Virus record (IMG/VR): IMGVR_UViG_3300011443_000182 | Location: 1 to 29,644 of that record | DNA from: a virus | Lineage: Duplodnaviria; Caudoviricetes | Reading direction: 5' to 3' (one strand) | DNA length: 29,644 bases | In this document: positions 9,542-18,743 of the stretch, piece by piece | Numbering within the stretch: the first letter of the stretch is position 1 | Layout: every line of letters begins with the position of its first letter | Notes under the pieces: model-generated | What the model was told of the DNA's origin: nothing | What the model saw: the letters and a program-made list of their open reading frames with translations, nothing else | The model's database searches: none | Made by a program: the position numbers and the translations under genes

Positions 9542-10804
9542 CTAATAGCCGACTGGAACTGCCAAGTTGTCGATGTAGGAGCAGGCAGCGGGATTAGACA
9601 CGAATGTCTGCATACCCACAACCATGTAGAAGATTTCAGCCGCGGCTACTCCACCAGACGGTCCACGCAGCTCGAAAATCTTCCGACCATCAGTAGTGTA
9701 GAAGCCGATGGGGAGAATCTCTCCACGACCCCACACTTCATCGACAATGAAGTCGATACGAGTCTTATCCCAGTTATAGCTAGGCTTAACTCCAGCACCA
9801 GCAAGCTGCATGTTACTGCCGAAGTACATGTTCAGAGACTCTTCCTTAGCAGTCTTCTGAATGATGCTCACCAACTGACCAATCTCTTCATACGCCTGCA
9901 TCTGGCACGGGTGGAGCCATGCAGTCGGATTGAAGTTATTGTCAATACCCACACGGTTGCCAATCTTGTTGATGGCGAGACGTGGGAGAGGAAGTGTAAG
10001 TGCGGCGCCTCCAGCATTTACACGGTTGGCACGAATCTCTGGCGTAGTAGAGCGAGAGAAACCAAGCCATGTACCTGCACTAGCATTGCTGTGGTGATAC
10101 GGTACACCATACAATGCAGGAAGTGAAGCAGGAGCAGTGATACCAGCAACAACAATCTTATCACCAGCGATTACACCTGCTACTGCGGTACCTGATGCGG
10201 GAGATACAGAGATGGTCTTATTCTCTACATCCCACTGAGTGATAACACCAGCACCCTTGGCAGCAGTGAGAGCAGTATCCCAAATCTGAATCATCTGCCC
10301 ATATCGCACCAGACGCGCACCGAAACCATCAGTCGTCAAGGTGAGAACATTGGTAGATGCAGTAGGAGTATCAGTAGTAACGATACCCACAACACCATCA
10401 CCAACCTGCATCATCTGAGAATCAAGCTGCCTACGCAACTCATCGAGTGCCGTAGCAGTCAGACGACGTACAGAATTCACAATAGCCTTACGAGCATCAT
10501 CAGTAGCCCACTGAGTCAGCTTCGTGTACTCAATGTTTTCAGATGCGAAAACACAATTGAGTACAGCCTTGTCGAAAGTAGGCCCACCACCTCGACCCAG
10601 ATCACCACCATCTGGATTGAAGTACTGGAAACTACCTCCGGGGCGAAGTTCCAAAGGCACGCGCATCTGGCGATGGGAGATCTTCTCCACATCACGCTTC
10701 TTGATGTTCGCGTAGAACTTGTCATCACGATCGAACAGTACACGCACCTTCGGGATGACGTGTTCGAGTTCGAGTGCTGCTACCTGAGATTCAACAACTG
10801 CCAT
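9542..10804 (-). CDS. Major capsid protein (HK97 fold)
   Basis: 420 aa following portal and scaffold; strong AGGAG RBS; pattern LRRQLDSQMMQVGDG...LYGVPY...TFVSNPAACSYIDNL typical of capsid proteins; visibly biased codon usage. Confidence 0.85.
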   Translation of the reverse strand: MAVVESQVAALELEHVIPKVRVLFDRDDKFYANIKKRDVEKISHRQMRVPLELRPGGSFQYFNPDGGDLGRGGGPTFDKAVLNCVFASENIEYTKLTQWATDDARKAIVNSVRRLTATALDELRRQLDSQMMQVGDGVVGIVTTDTPTASTNVLTLTTDGFGARLVRYGQMIQIWDTALTAAKGAGVITQWDVENKTISVSPASGTAVAGVIAGDKIVVAGITAPASLPALYGVPYHHSNASAGTWLGFSRSTTPEIRANRVNAGGAALTLPLPRLAINKIGNRVGIDNNFNPTAWLHPCQMQAYEEIGQLVSIIQKTAKEESLNMYFGSNMQLAGAGVKPSYNWDKTRIDFIVDEVWGRGEILPIGFYTTDGRKIFELRGPSGGVAAAEIFYMVVGMQTFVSNPAACSYIDNLAVPVGY

Positions 10805-10817
10805 GTTAGTCTCCTGA

Positions 10818-12071
10818 CTAATCCTTCATTAACACATCGAGTGTAGACATTCCTCGCGGAATATCCGAGGCTTTACGATACTTTCCACTAGATGGGGCTG
10901 TGGATCGGCCAGGTTTAATTGGGCTCTTCTTAGAAGCCATAAGGTCTACATTACTAGGCTGCACACCCTTCAAGGCGTTACTGCGTGCCGATTTGATTAC
11001 GCTTGGCAAAAGCGTCTTCGCCTTAGAGAGATACGCAGATTTGATACGATCAGTGGATTCCTTATCAAACCCTGACCTGAATGCGCGCTCCCAGAGTTTG
11101 TCCAACAAACCCCTGAACCGCGTATCCTGACTAATCAAGGTCTCCAATTTATCAAAAGCTTCAGTAGTAGCATGAGTCTTCACGTAATCAGACATAGACC
11201 CATTAGGATCAATATGTCCGTCAATCGTGGACTTCAGCACATTATCAGCCTTGACCTGCAAGTCATCCCTCACATTAGTGAAGGCGTGCATCACTTGCTG
11301 TTGTTTCTGATGCTGAATCTGCTGATTTGCCTGCTGAACCTCTGGATTAACAGGTTTAGATAGACGATTAGGTGGCGTAAACTGCTGTGAACCAAAGATA
11401 AACTGGTTCAATACATTCGCAGCAGCAGTTAGAGGCGCACCCTGATCTCCTAGATTACGACCCTCCCGAACCATAGTGATGATAGTGTCTTTAATGACAT
11501 TACCAAGCACATGGTAGTAAGCCTGCTGGTCTACCTTCCTCAGTGTAGGAAGATAATTGTCAGCGATTTTATTGAATGCGTCCTGATCTTCTGCCTTAGC
11601 AGCCTGAAGGAACATAGTGATGTCACCATTCATCACCTGTCGTTCAGCCTGATCTAGAATGTTTGCCTTCTCTGCTGAGATGCGCGCATCCTGTATAGTC
11701 GGGAATACTTCCGTAAACTGCTGTTCCCTATAATACGCCTTTTCAAGATAAGGAAAATCTTTAAATAGAGTAGGATATTTAGCAAGAATCTCCTTACGTC
11801 GAACAGGAGTAGTTAGTTCAAGATCTTCTTCAGTAGGAGGCTTGAGTTCCTCTTCAAGCTCCTTAATTGGATCTTCTTCCTCTTCTTCATCAGATGGAGA
11901 ATCAGATGATTCATCTTCATCCCCTAGTTCAATAGGTTCTACCTTTTCAGGTTCTTCCTCAACATTCAATAGTTCGAATGTATCTAGATCTGACGAATCT
12001 CCAGTTGCATCCGGAGAAGATGTACCAGTTCCACCATCAGGAGAATAAAATTTACTGAACTGTAGGTTCAT
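10818..12071 (-). CDS. Capsid scaffolding protein
   Basis: Acidic N-terminus, helical/coiled-coil body and basic Pro-rich C-terminal tail; located between portal and capsid. Confidence 0.75.
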   Translation of the reverse strand: MNLQFSKFYSPDGGTGTSSPDATGDSSDLDTFELLNVEEEPEKVEPIELGDEDESSDSPSDEEEEEDPIKELEEELKPPTEEDLELTTPVRRKEILAKYPTLFKDFPYLEKAYYREQQFTEVFPTIQDARISAEKANILDQAERQVMNGDITMFLQAAKAEDQDAFNKIADNYLPTLRKVDQQAYYHVLGNVIKDTIITMVREGRNLGDQGAPLTAAANVLNQFIFGSQQFTPPNRLSKPVNPEVQQANQQIQHQKQQQVMHAFTNVRDDLQVKADNVLKSTIDGHIDPNGSMSDYVKTHATTEAFDKLETLISQDTRFRGLLDKLWERAFRSGFDKESTDRIKSAYLSKAKTLLPSVIKSARSNALKGVQPSNVDLMASKKSPIKPGRSTAPSSGKYRKASDIPRGMSTLDVLMKD

Positions 12072-12095
12072 TGTTCCTTTTCCTTAGGAGGTCAA

Positions 12096-14405
12096 TCACT
12101 GAACAGTCGGTTCGGCTTGACCATCCTGCATTTGTTCACCAGTGCTAGCCTGAGGCCCCTTTGGGGGTGGAGCCTGACCCTGTTGCTGCATTTGCTGCTG
12201 CATTTGCATCATTTGCTGCTGCATAATAATGTCCTTGTGCATCTTCATGTGCAATAGGACATTCTCATATCCGAGTGGATTCTCCATCTTGCATAGTCTA
12301 CCTGCATCAGATACCAACCAACGACGGCAAATATCAGCTTCCAATTCATGATTGTCTACATCCATATTCGCTTCAATGGATGGTAGACGCATAGGTGGAG
12401 GAGGCGGCATACCCATCATCATTGCTTCCTGTTCCATCATTGGATCAGGTGGCATTTCAATTGGTTCAGAGTTAATCAACAGCTGAATTTCTTCATACTG
12501 CTTCTGTCTATCGTCTTCACCTGGAATTACGTAATCATTAAGACCAATAGCCCGTTTAATGAAGGGCATGTTATCAGGTGACAAGAGAGTAGCCATAATG
12601 GATTCATTGTTCATACCGAACAACTCCATAATGGCATCTTTCTGCTGATTCCAAGTGATTGGAAGATTCTCATTAGCCTCAAGTTCTACTGAACCAATCT
12701 TACCCTGAAGTTCAGCCATACGCACAAACACATTGACGAAGTTTCCAAACTCATCTTTCTTGACTTGCTTCTCATCATCCCTCATTTCCTTGATGTACAT
12801 TGGGATGACTTTACCGAATACCTGCTTCCACCACAGTAGAAGCATCTTCCAAGTGCCCTGAAGCCTCTGTAGAGCCTGTGCCCTACTCATAGAGTATTCA
12901 GAAGCAGTACGACTACCAGACATCTGACCACCAAACAGACTAGGCAAAGCCCCAGATACCATCTGTCCCATCTCCTGTACTTTCTGGGCAAATGGTAGGA
13001 CTTCCTGACTGAGTGTAGCAGTCTTAACCTCATAGAAACCTTCACTCAGAGGCTTACCAGACTTAGGGGTGGCCGGATAGATACCACCTGGGATAACTTC
13101 AGCATTGCGATACGCATTAAAGTTCAATACCTTAGGATCAGCGAATGTCTGAGGAATCCCATGTTCAACTGTCTGCAGTACTAGACTGATTAGGTCATTC
13201 GTAATGTCCTGAACTGACGTAAGGAGTAGACCAATTGGATCAAAATGAATATAATCCGACAGTGGATTATAGGTAAGAGTCCAACTATCATCTAACTTAG
13301 CATTGATTCCATCTGCAACCAAATCATTGACTACTACGCACTTGACTCCATCAGGAAACTGCTTCTTCAATGAAGCTATCTCCTCTTCCTTCAAGATATT
13401 ATATGCACATGGACGGAACCATGCATTTCGGCATGTGATGTTATTTAACGGATGTTCGCCATGATACTGTGGACTAGTACGGCCCCACTGTTCATAGAGG
13501 TCGTATGTAGCACCACCTTTAGTGATTTTTTCTTTGAGTTCTGGATACTCTTCGAGTACATTAGCCCAATGCGTCTCATAAGAATAGATAAGGTAACTAC
13601 ATTCACCCTGGTTACGTGCCCATACTGGGACCTTAACGAATAGACCACCATACACTTCCATCTTAATACGAGATTTAGGATGCTTAGTGACTCCGACTAG
13701 ATTGGTAACAGTGAATGATCTAATTTCTGGAACAATTTGAGCAGCACAATTAGGGCACATCTCAAGGCCATCATAAATGGCTGCATTCATTTCAGCATCT
13801 TCAGGACCAGGCATAAACTCATCCTGTAGTCCTTCAGTGATGGATGGATCAGTCATATTCATCTTGCAGATTGGGCATATCTTCTCCTCTACTAGTTCGT
13901 CTTCATATTGCTTCTCCTCATATGTGCCATATTCTTCCTTAGCTTCGGGGTAGGTGTAGCACGCTGTCATTCCTTCAGTGACATGAACGAACAGCGCGTG
14001 TAACCAAAACAAAGGAGCATCATTATGCTTGAATACTAGTTCAGCTATCTTATTACCAGCCTTAGCGGTGGTAACGTCGAGAGGATTATCAGCATCATCA
14101 GGGTAGCAAGTGACAGGAGGTACAGTGACAGATAGAGCAGCAATGATTGACTCAAGGTAAGCCCGGTAGATGTTGACCGGCTTGTCGTAAAAGCCCTGAT
14201 CAGAATCATCACCCTGTCCCGAATCAGGTACACGCCAATCATGCGCCACCTCACTGTAGTAGGTGTGCTGTACGTTCTCCCACAACAGCTTGAGTTTACG
14301 CCAAGTGCGAATCTGCCTATCGCGCACTCCTCTATCTTCATCATCGAAGTGGTCGATGAGCTGCTTCAATAGATCTTTTGTGGCGTCATCCAATTCACGA
14401 GCCAT
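12096..14405 (-). CDS. Portal protein with zinc-ribbon insertion
   Basis: 769 aa; VNIYRAYLESIIAAL, PIGLLLTSVQDITND, SRTASEYSM (T/A-S-E motif of P22/T7-type portals) and a Gln/Met/Pro tail; position upstream of scaffold and capsid. Confidence 0.85.
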   Translation of the reverse strand: MARELDDATKDLLKQLIDHFDDEDRGVRDRQIRTWRKLKLLWENVQHTYYSEVAHDWRVPDSGQGDDSDQGFYDKPVNIYRAYLESIIAALSVTVPPVTCYPDDADNPLDVTTAKAGNKIAELVFKHNDAPLFWLHALFVHVTEGMTACYTYPEAKEEYGTYEEKQYEDELVEEKICPICKMNMTDPSITEGLQDEFMPGPEDAEMNAAIYDGLEMCPNCAAQIVPEIRSFTVTNLVGVTKHPKSRIKMEVYGGLFVKVPVWARNQGECSYLIYSYETHWANVLEEYPELKEKITKGGATYDLYEQWGRTSPQYHGEHPLNNITCRNAWFRPCAYNILKEEEIASLKKQFPDGVKCVVVNDLVADGINAKLDDSWTLTYNPLSDYIHFDPIGLLLTSVQDITNDLISLVLQTVEHGIPQTFADPKVLNFNAYRNAEVIPGGIYPATPKSGKPLSEGFYEVKTATLSQEVLPFAQKVQEMGQMVSGALPSLFGGQMSGSRTASEYSMSRAQALQRLQGTWKMLLLWWKQVFGKVIPMYIKEMRDDEKQVKKDEFGNFVNVFVRMAELQGKIGSVELEANENLPITWNQQKDAIMELFGMNNESIMATLLSPDNMPFIKRAIGLNDYVIPGEDDRQKQYEEIQLLINSEPIEMPPDPMMEQEAMMMGMPPPPPMRLPSIEANMDVDNHELEADICRRWLVSDAGRLCKMENPLGYENVLLHMKMHKDIIMQQQMMQMQQQMQQQGQAPPPKGPQASTGEQMQDGQAEPTVQ

Positions 14406-15316
14406 TAGTATGCTTCTTCCTCAATTGGCTTACGACGCCTAATGGCCGGCATACGTGGAGTCAACTGATCTCCAAAAATACTACCTGTATCCACATCTCC
14501 CGATTCACTAGCTTGAGGAGACTGAATTGGAGGAGTGAAGTTAGGATAGATAGCTGGCATTGTAGCAGTAATGGTTGAAGGTACACCATTATCATCTTCC
14601 GGACCCTGAATATTAGTATTATATCCAGCACGGAATGGCTGATTCATTAGTGCTTCCTGCCTACCTGCAAAGATGGAATTTCTCAGATTAGGTCTAGGTG
14701 CTGCTCCAGGCATCTGACTAGCAGGACTAGCTACGCCATTAGTAGGTGGAATTGGCCTATTCTGTTCAACTACCGGACCACCACTAGACGGATTTCGAGT
14801 AGATGCAGCCTGAGATAACACATTACCCAATTGAGCTTCCCATCCACCATTACCAGTAGGAATACCCTTACTTGCAGCTGCATTACCAACAGCTTTACCG
14901 ATAGCACCAGTCCATCCACTACCACTTTTACCCGCAGCAGCAGATGCAATCTTACCTAGATTACCAGCAAATCCACCTACTTTAGTTGCAGCAGGTGCGG
15001 CGTTAGCAATAGATGAAAGACTAGCACCCTTACCTACACCCGCACCAACACTACCAGCTTTACCCAGACTGCCTAGTGCTCCACCGAATGCCAAGCTACC
15101 GAGGCCAGCACCAGCAGAAGCCATGCCAAGATACTTGTCGAATTTAGAAGGAGCGATTCCTTTCTCGATAGCTTTCTTGGCATCATGTTCGGCCCATTTC
15201 TGACCCAACTTTTGCGTAGCTCCAGTAGCCATCAGACTAGCTCCACCTGTGAAGGGAGCAGCCACATATGGCGCGGCCTGAAGAGCTATCTTACCTAGCT
15301 TATTCCAGAAGCCCAC
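14405..15316 (-). CDS. Gly/Ala-rich protein resembling a pilot/internal virion protein
   Basis: GTG start with AGGT RBS; amphipathic N-terminus GFWNKLGKIALQAAPYVAAPFTGGASL and glycine-zipper-like segments. Confidence 0.6.
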   Translation of the reverse strand: MGFWNKLGKIALQAAPYVAAPFTGGASLMATGATQKLGQKWAEHDAKKAIEKGIAPSKFDKYLGMASAGAGLGSLAFGGALGSLGKAGSVGAGVGKGASLSSIANAAPAATKVGGFAGNLGKIASAAAGKSGSGWTGAIGKAVGNAAASKGIPTGNGGWEAQLGNVLSQAASTRNPSSGGPVVEQNRPIPPTNGVASPASQMPGAAPRPNLRNSIFAGRQEALMNQPFRAGYNTNIQGPEDDNGVPSTITATMPAIYPNFTPPIQSPQASESGDVDTGSIFGDQLTPRMPAIRRRKPIEEEAY

Positions 15317-15323
15317 TGTACAC

Positions 15324-15500
15324 CTACCTGAGGTTTACAGGAATGTTAATGATTCCAAACATGGAAAGGATGTACAGTATGGAGAACAGGATTACAACAG
15401 CCCTAATGAGCATCTGAACTGGTGGAGAGAGTGGAATATATGTCTCCACAAGATAGAGACAGAACCCTAGGACGACAAGAATGACGATCATTTGAATCAT
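15324..15500 (-). CDS. 58-aa two-helix membrane protein (resembles the Thivi_2564 family; holin candidate)
   Basis: Not in the ORF track. ATG 15500 overlaps the upstream TAA; MIQMIVILVVLGFCLYLVETYIPLSPPVQMLIRAVVILFSILYILSMFGIINIPVNLR; TAG at 15324-15326; fills the gap exactly. Confidence 0.75.
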   Translation of the reverse strand: MIQMIVILVVLGFCLYLVETYIPLSPPVQMLIRAVVILFSILYILSMFGIINIPVNLR

Positions 15501-16159
15501 TACTTTTTCCCCTTCTTTTTCTTTGGTTGTCCAAACTCATCGTAATCTTCATCCTCATTAGTTTTAGGAATCCGTTCATACACAGCAAATGGAGTTCCAA
15601 CATTTTGCATGAATTTCTTAGCAGCCCAATTTGCTGCACTAGCTAGTGGACCATTCTTATTTCTGTTACCAACTAATTGTGCATCTGTATCGAAATCCCA
15701 AATATCATAAATACTACCATAATCTTTATTACTAGTTATTGTAGCCCTACCCAAACCACCTACATTAGGAACACGGTAGTCAGGCATTCCCGCAAGTGGA
15801 GTTTCATCTGGAACACGCCTGAACTCCATATCTGGCATTTTCTTTAGATTACTAGGTCTCAAATGCTGTTTAGGAATAATATCTCTTTCAGGATGAAGAT
15901 ACTGTTCGAGATATACTTTATCATCCCTAAGTGAACTACCACTCTTACTTGCAGCAAATTTAATGAGTTTCTCCAATACTCCCTCACTCATATCAGTTGG
16001 ATGATAGTCCTTATCAGAATTCATGATTGGAGGAGGTTCATCCTTCACTTCATCATACATAGGCAAATTGAATGGATATTTCTCCTTAGAACTAGTCTCA
16101 TGACTAGGAAGGGGCTCAATTTCCCATGATGGCGCGAGTCCCTTCTTTTTCTGAGGCAT
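15500..16159 (-). CDS. Hypothetical protein with basic termini
   Basis: 219 aa, TAATG-coupled at both ends; contains SIYDIWDF...GTPF. Confidence 0.7.
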   Translation of the reverse strand: MPQKKKGLAPSWEIEPLPSHETSSKEKYPFNLPMYDEVKDEPPPIMNSDKDYHPTDMSEGVLEKLIKFAASKSGSSLRDDKVYLEQYLHPERDIIPKQHLRPSNLKKMPDMEFRRVPDETPLAGMPDYRVPNVGGLGRATITSNKDYGSIYDIWDFDTDAQLVGNRNKNGPLASAANWAAKKFMQNVGTPFAVYERIPKTNEDEDYDEFGQPKKKKGKK

Positions 16160-16467
16160 TAATTAATCCCCACTTCCTTTTCGAGTTCCGCAATCTCTTT
16201 AGTGCGATCGCGCATCAACTTAGCTTTAACTCTATCTTCCTGTTCCAACATCTGCTGTTTTACACGCCACGGAGTGAATGGTGGAGTGATAGCTACATGT
16301 TCCTCAGATTGAACAGAGGGTGGTTCGGCCTTAGCTGGTTCCAATAAACGCTGTAGAAGATCCCGTCGTTCAGCATCGCTCTTGTGGAGTTGCTCACGTA
16401 GAATCTCACAGGTCTCACATGGAGCATCACTAAGACCGAACCACTTGTACATCAACTGTTTCCACAT
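16159..16467 (-). CDS. Coiled-coil protein with CxxC (track ORF starts at 16515; likely start 16467)
   Basis: MWKQLMYKWFGLSDAPCETCEILREQL...; heptad-like helices; start choice is inferred. Confidence 0.6.
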   Translation of the reverse strand: MWKQLMYKWFGLSDAPCETCEILREQLHKSDAERRDLLQRLLEPAKAEPPSVQSEEHVAITPPFTPWRVKQQMLEQEDRVKAKLMRDRTKEIAELEKEVGIN

Positions 16468-16648
16468 TAGGAGGATCCCATCTATCTGGATGACATGTAT
16501 ATCCACAAATTCCATTAGGTGGACACTTAGGATGAGTTAAAATCTTAGCTGGCATTCCGTCTCCACACTTGGGGAGCATACGGAACTTACCACACGCACT
16601 CATTAGACAACAATTAATGACGATAACGACCAACAGGCTTAATCTCAT
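16430..16648 (-). CDS. Putative Cys/Pro-rich lipoprotein
   Basis: MR + hydrophobic stretch + LMSA-C lipobox-like site, then four more Cys; fills an otherwise empty gap of about 150 bp after terL. Confidence 0.55.
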   Translation of the reverse strand: MRLSLLVVIVINCCLMSACGKFRMLPKCGDGMPAKILTHPKCPPNGICGYTCHPDRWDPPNVETVDVQVVRS

Positions 16649-18266
16649 CGTCAGTTTCTGTCTTCTTCATGTTTCGATAGAAGGCAGTCCAATCCTGTGT
16701 CTGATTAAGCTGTTGTATAAGTCTATCTTGTGCTTCGACTCGCTTAAATTCCTGATTCGCTTCTCCAAAGAAACTTTCAGCTGCATCAACAAGATACCGC
16801 AGACCATCAATTGGGTCGTCCCCATCGAATTCCGCGATGTCTTCGGCTGCTTTGTTTCCCTTTGGTTTGTCATAGCTACATGCTTTGATAGCTTCGACTA
16901 GAACTGGACATGCACCAGCGAAAATCTGCAATTTAGGGATATTTGTTTCTTCTTCAGTTGGATTGAATGAGTTGAGATATGAATTATACTCAGCTAGACC
17001 TCTATTTCGATGAATCCACATCGCATATTCATCATCATATCGTCCAATTTCCTGTGCATTCACTAGTTTTGGCTGCCACCGTAGGTATTCATGTATAAGT
17101 TGCTTACCAGCGATCCTACTTCCAGGGGTATTGTTGGATAACTCAATAGAAACTCCAAGTTCTGCTTCAATCTGCTCCTGAATAGTATGTTCTTGTCCTC
17201 TATCCTGACCCGCAGACTTGCAGAATCGAACCAAACGTGGATTTTCTTTGTCGATATATAGCTTAACATGAGGTGCCCACTCTGCGATCTTGGTTTTAAC
17301 CCATGTTTGCTCTCGATAGACATATACGCGCTTACTTGGAGAGATTGCAGCATATCCAACCCATGTCATTGCAGCGAAACCCCAGTCACCTATGACGATA
17401 CGCGGCCACCATGACGGAATTTCAAACTCGGGGATGACATGAATTGCATTTTCTGGTTCGTCTTCAAACTTACGATCACGAAATTCGTCGAATACCTGCC
17501 CCTGATAGGCATCCCAATCACCCAATAGTTTGGCTTTACGTTCCGCTTCAATCGTAATGCCCTGAAGTGACTGCTTGTAAGTAGGATCAATGTGTGGATT
17601 ATCTTCTAGAGTTGAGTGGATGTAGATTCGCTTGTTTCCACCTTTTCCCTGGATGATCTTTCCACCCTTAGGATAGGGTTTAATGAATCGCTTGTAGGTC
17701 CAAGTGTGTCCAATTCCACCCGGCATTCCGGCAGCGCGTGTAATTGAAGGAAGTCCACTATCCTTTGGCGCTCTATTTCGCTGAAATGTAATGTAAGTGT
17801 AGATCCATTCGGTAATCGAAGTAAGCTCGTCTGGCGTGTACAGACAGATTTGCATCGTGTCATATTGGTGTACATCATCTTCATTCTCACAATGACCTAA
17901 AAAGATCATTGCTCCTTCGTTAGTACCGCCAGTACCACCGTATTGGTCACTACGTGGAAATGTCCAACACATTTCAGTTTTGTTAAGAGTTGCGCCAAAT
18001 TTACGATAAAGTTCACGGGATCGAGGAATGATCTCATTTCGCAGTTCAGGGTAGGTTCTTCGCATGAACACTTGTTTAAACTTAGGGTGCTCGTGCCATC
18101 TATGGACAATACCATACAATAGTAAGACGTCGGACTTTCCTGAACCTGCTCCTCCTCCATAGAACCCCTCTTTTACTGTAGTAGGTAAAGAAAGAAACTG
18201 CTCCTGTTTAGGAGACGGTCTCCATTCATTAGACTGAAAAGTCTTATTTAGAGTAGGATCGTGCAT
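16614..18266 (-). CDS. terL: Terminase large subunit
   Basis: PSPKQ adenine motif, Walker A GGGAGSGKS, Walker B YTPDE, coupling motif GMPGG, LEDNPH, LLGDW, RNase H-like nuclease IGDWG...DDPIDGLRY. Confidence 0.95.
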   Translation of the reverse strand: MHDPTLNKTFQSNEWRPSPKQEQFLSLPTTVKEGFYGGGAGSGKSDVLLLYGIVHRWHEHPKFKQVFMRRTYPELRNEIIPRSRELYRKFGATLNKTEMCWTFPRSDQYGGTGGTNEGAMIFLGHCENEDDVHQYDTMQICLYTPDELTSITEWIYTYITFQRNRAPKDSGLPSITRAAGMPGGIGHTWTYKRFIKPYPKGGKIIQGKGGNKRIYIHSTLEDNPHIDPTYKQSLQGITIEAERKAKLLGDWDAYQGQVFDEFRDRKFEDEPENAIHVIPEFEIPSWWPRIVIGDWGFAAMTWVGYAAISPSKRVYVYREQTWVKTKIAEWAPHVKLYIDKENPRLVRFCKSAGQDRGQEHTIQEQIEAELGVSIELSNNTPGSRIAGKQLIHEYLRWQPKLVNAQEIGRYDDEYAMWIHRNRGLAEYNSYLNSFNPTEEETNIPKLQIFAGACPVLVEAIKACSYDKPKGNKAAEDIAEFDGDDPIDGLRYLVDAAESFFGEANQEFKRVEAQDRLIQQLNQTQDWTAFYRNMKKTETDDEIKPVGRYRH

Positions 18267-18272
18267 GATTAA

Positions 18273-18743
18273 TTAATAAGGAGGCCTACGCATCATTGGA
18301 TTCATTGGAGGACGCGCACCCATTGGATTAGGTGGTGGTCCCATCTGTGGATTCATCTGTGGACCAGATGGATTCATACCCATAGGTGGAACAGATGGAC
18401 CTAATCCTCTAGGTGGCATACCTGAAGGTGGCCCCATCATTGGAGATACAGATGGAGGTGGCATACCTACAGGCATACCAGGAGGCATACCCATTGGATT
18501 AGGAGGACCCATCATTGGAGAAGGAGGTGGAGCTAGCATAGAAGCAAGAGATGGACGAGTTGTGCCACGATTGAACCCATCTACATCGGGTAGAATCATG
18601 TCACCCCTATCATACGCGGGCTGCCTCACTGAATTGGAGTTTGATCCCTGATTGGGATTAATGGGCATCTCTCCAGTACTCAAGGGTGTGTATTTCTTCT
18701 GGAATCCACTTCCACCTATAGCCCTTCCAAGGATACTATCCAT
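18273..18743 (-). CDS. Pro/Met/Gly low-complexity protein
   Basis: 156 aa; repeated SPMMGPP, PPNPMG and GMPP; TAATG-coupled to the upstream gene. Confidence 0.7.
   Translation of the reverse strand: MDSILGRAIGGSGFQKKYTPLSTGEMPINPNQGSNSNSVRQPAYDRGDMILPDVDGFNRGTTRPSLASMLAPPPSPMMGPPNPMGMPPGMPVGMPPPSVSPMMGPPSGMPPRGLGPSVPPMGMNPSGPQMNPQMGPPPNPMGARPPMNPMMRRPPY

Noticed and set aside
9530-9560. Capsid stop readthrough or frameshift into the downstream gene (T7 10B-like)
   Set aside because: TAG is followed by TGT TAA in frame and no slippery heptamer is visible.
9488-10126. 212-aa plus-strand ORF antisense to the capsid gene
   Set aside because: Shadow ORF expected from the biased codon usage of the capsid gene; no recognisable protein features.
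15403-15639. 78-aa minus-strand ORF in the track
   Set aside because: Overlaps two better-supported coupled genes (219 aa and the 58-aa membrane protein) in another frame.
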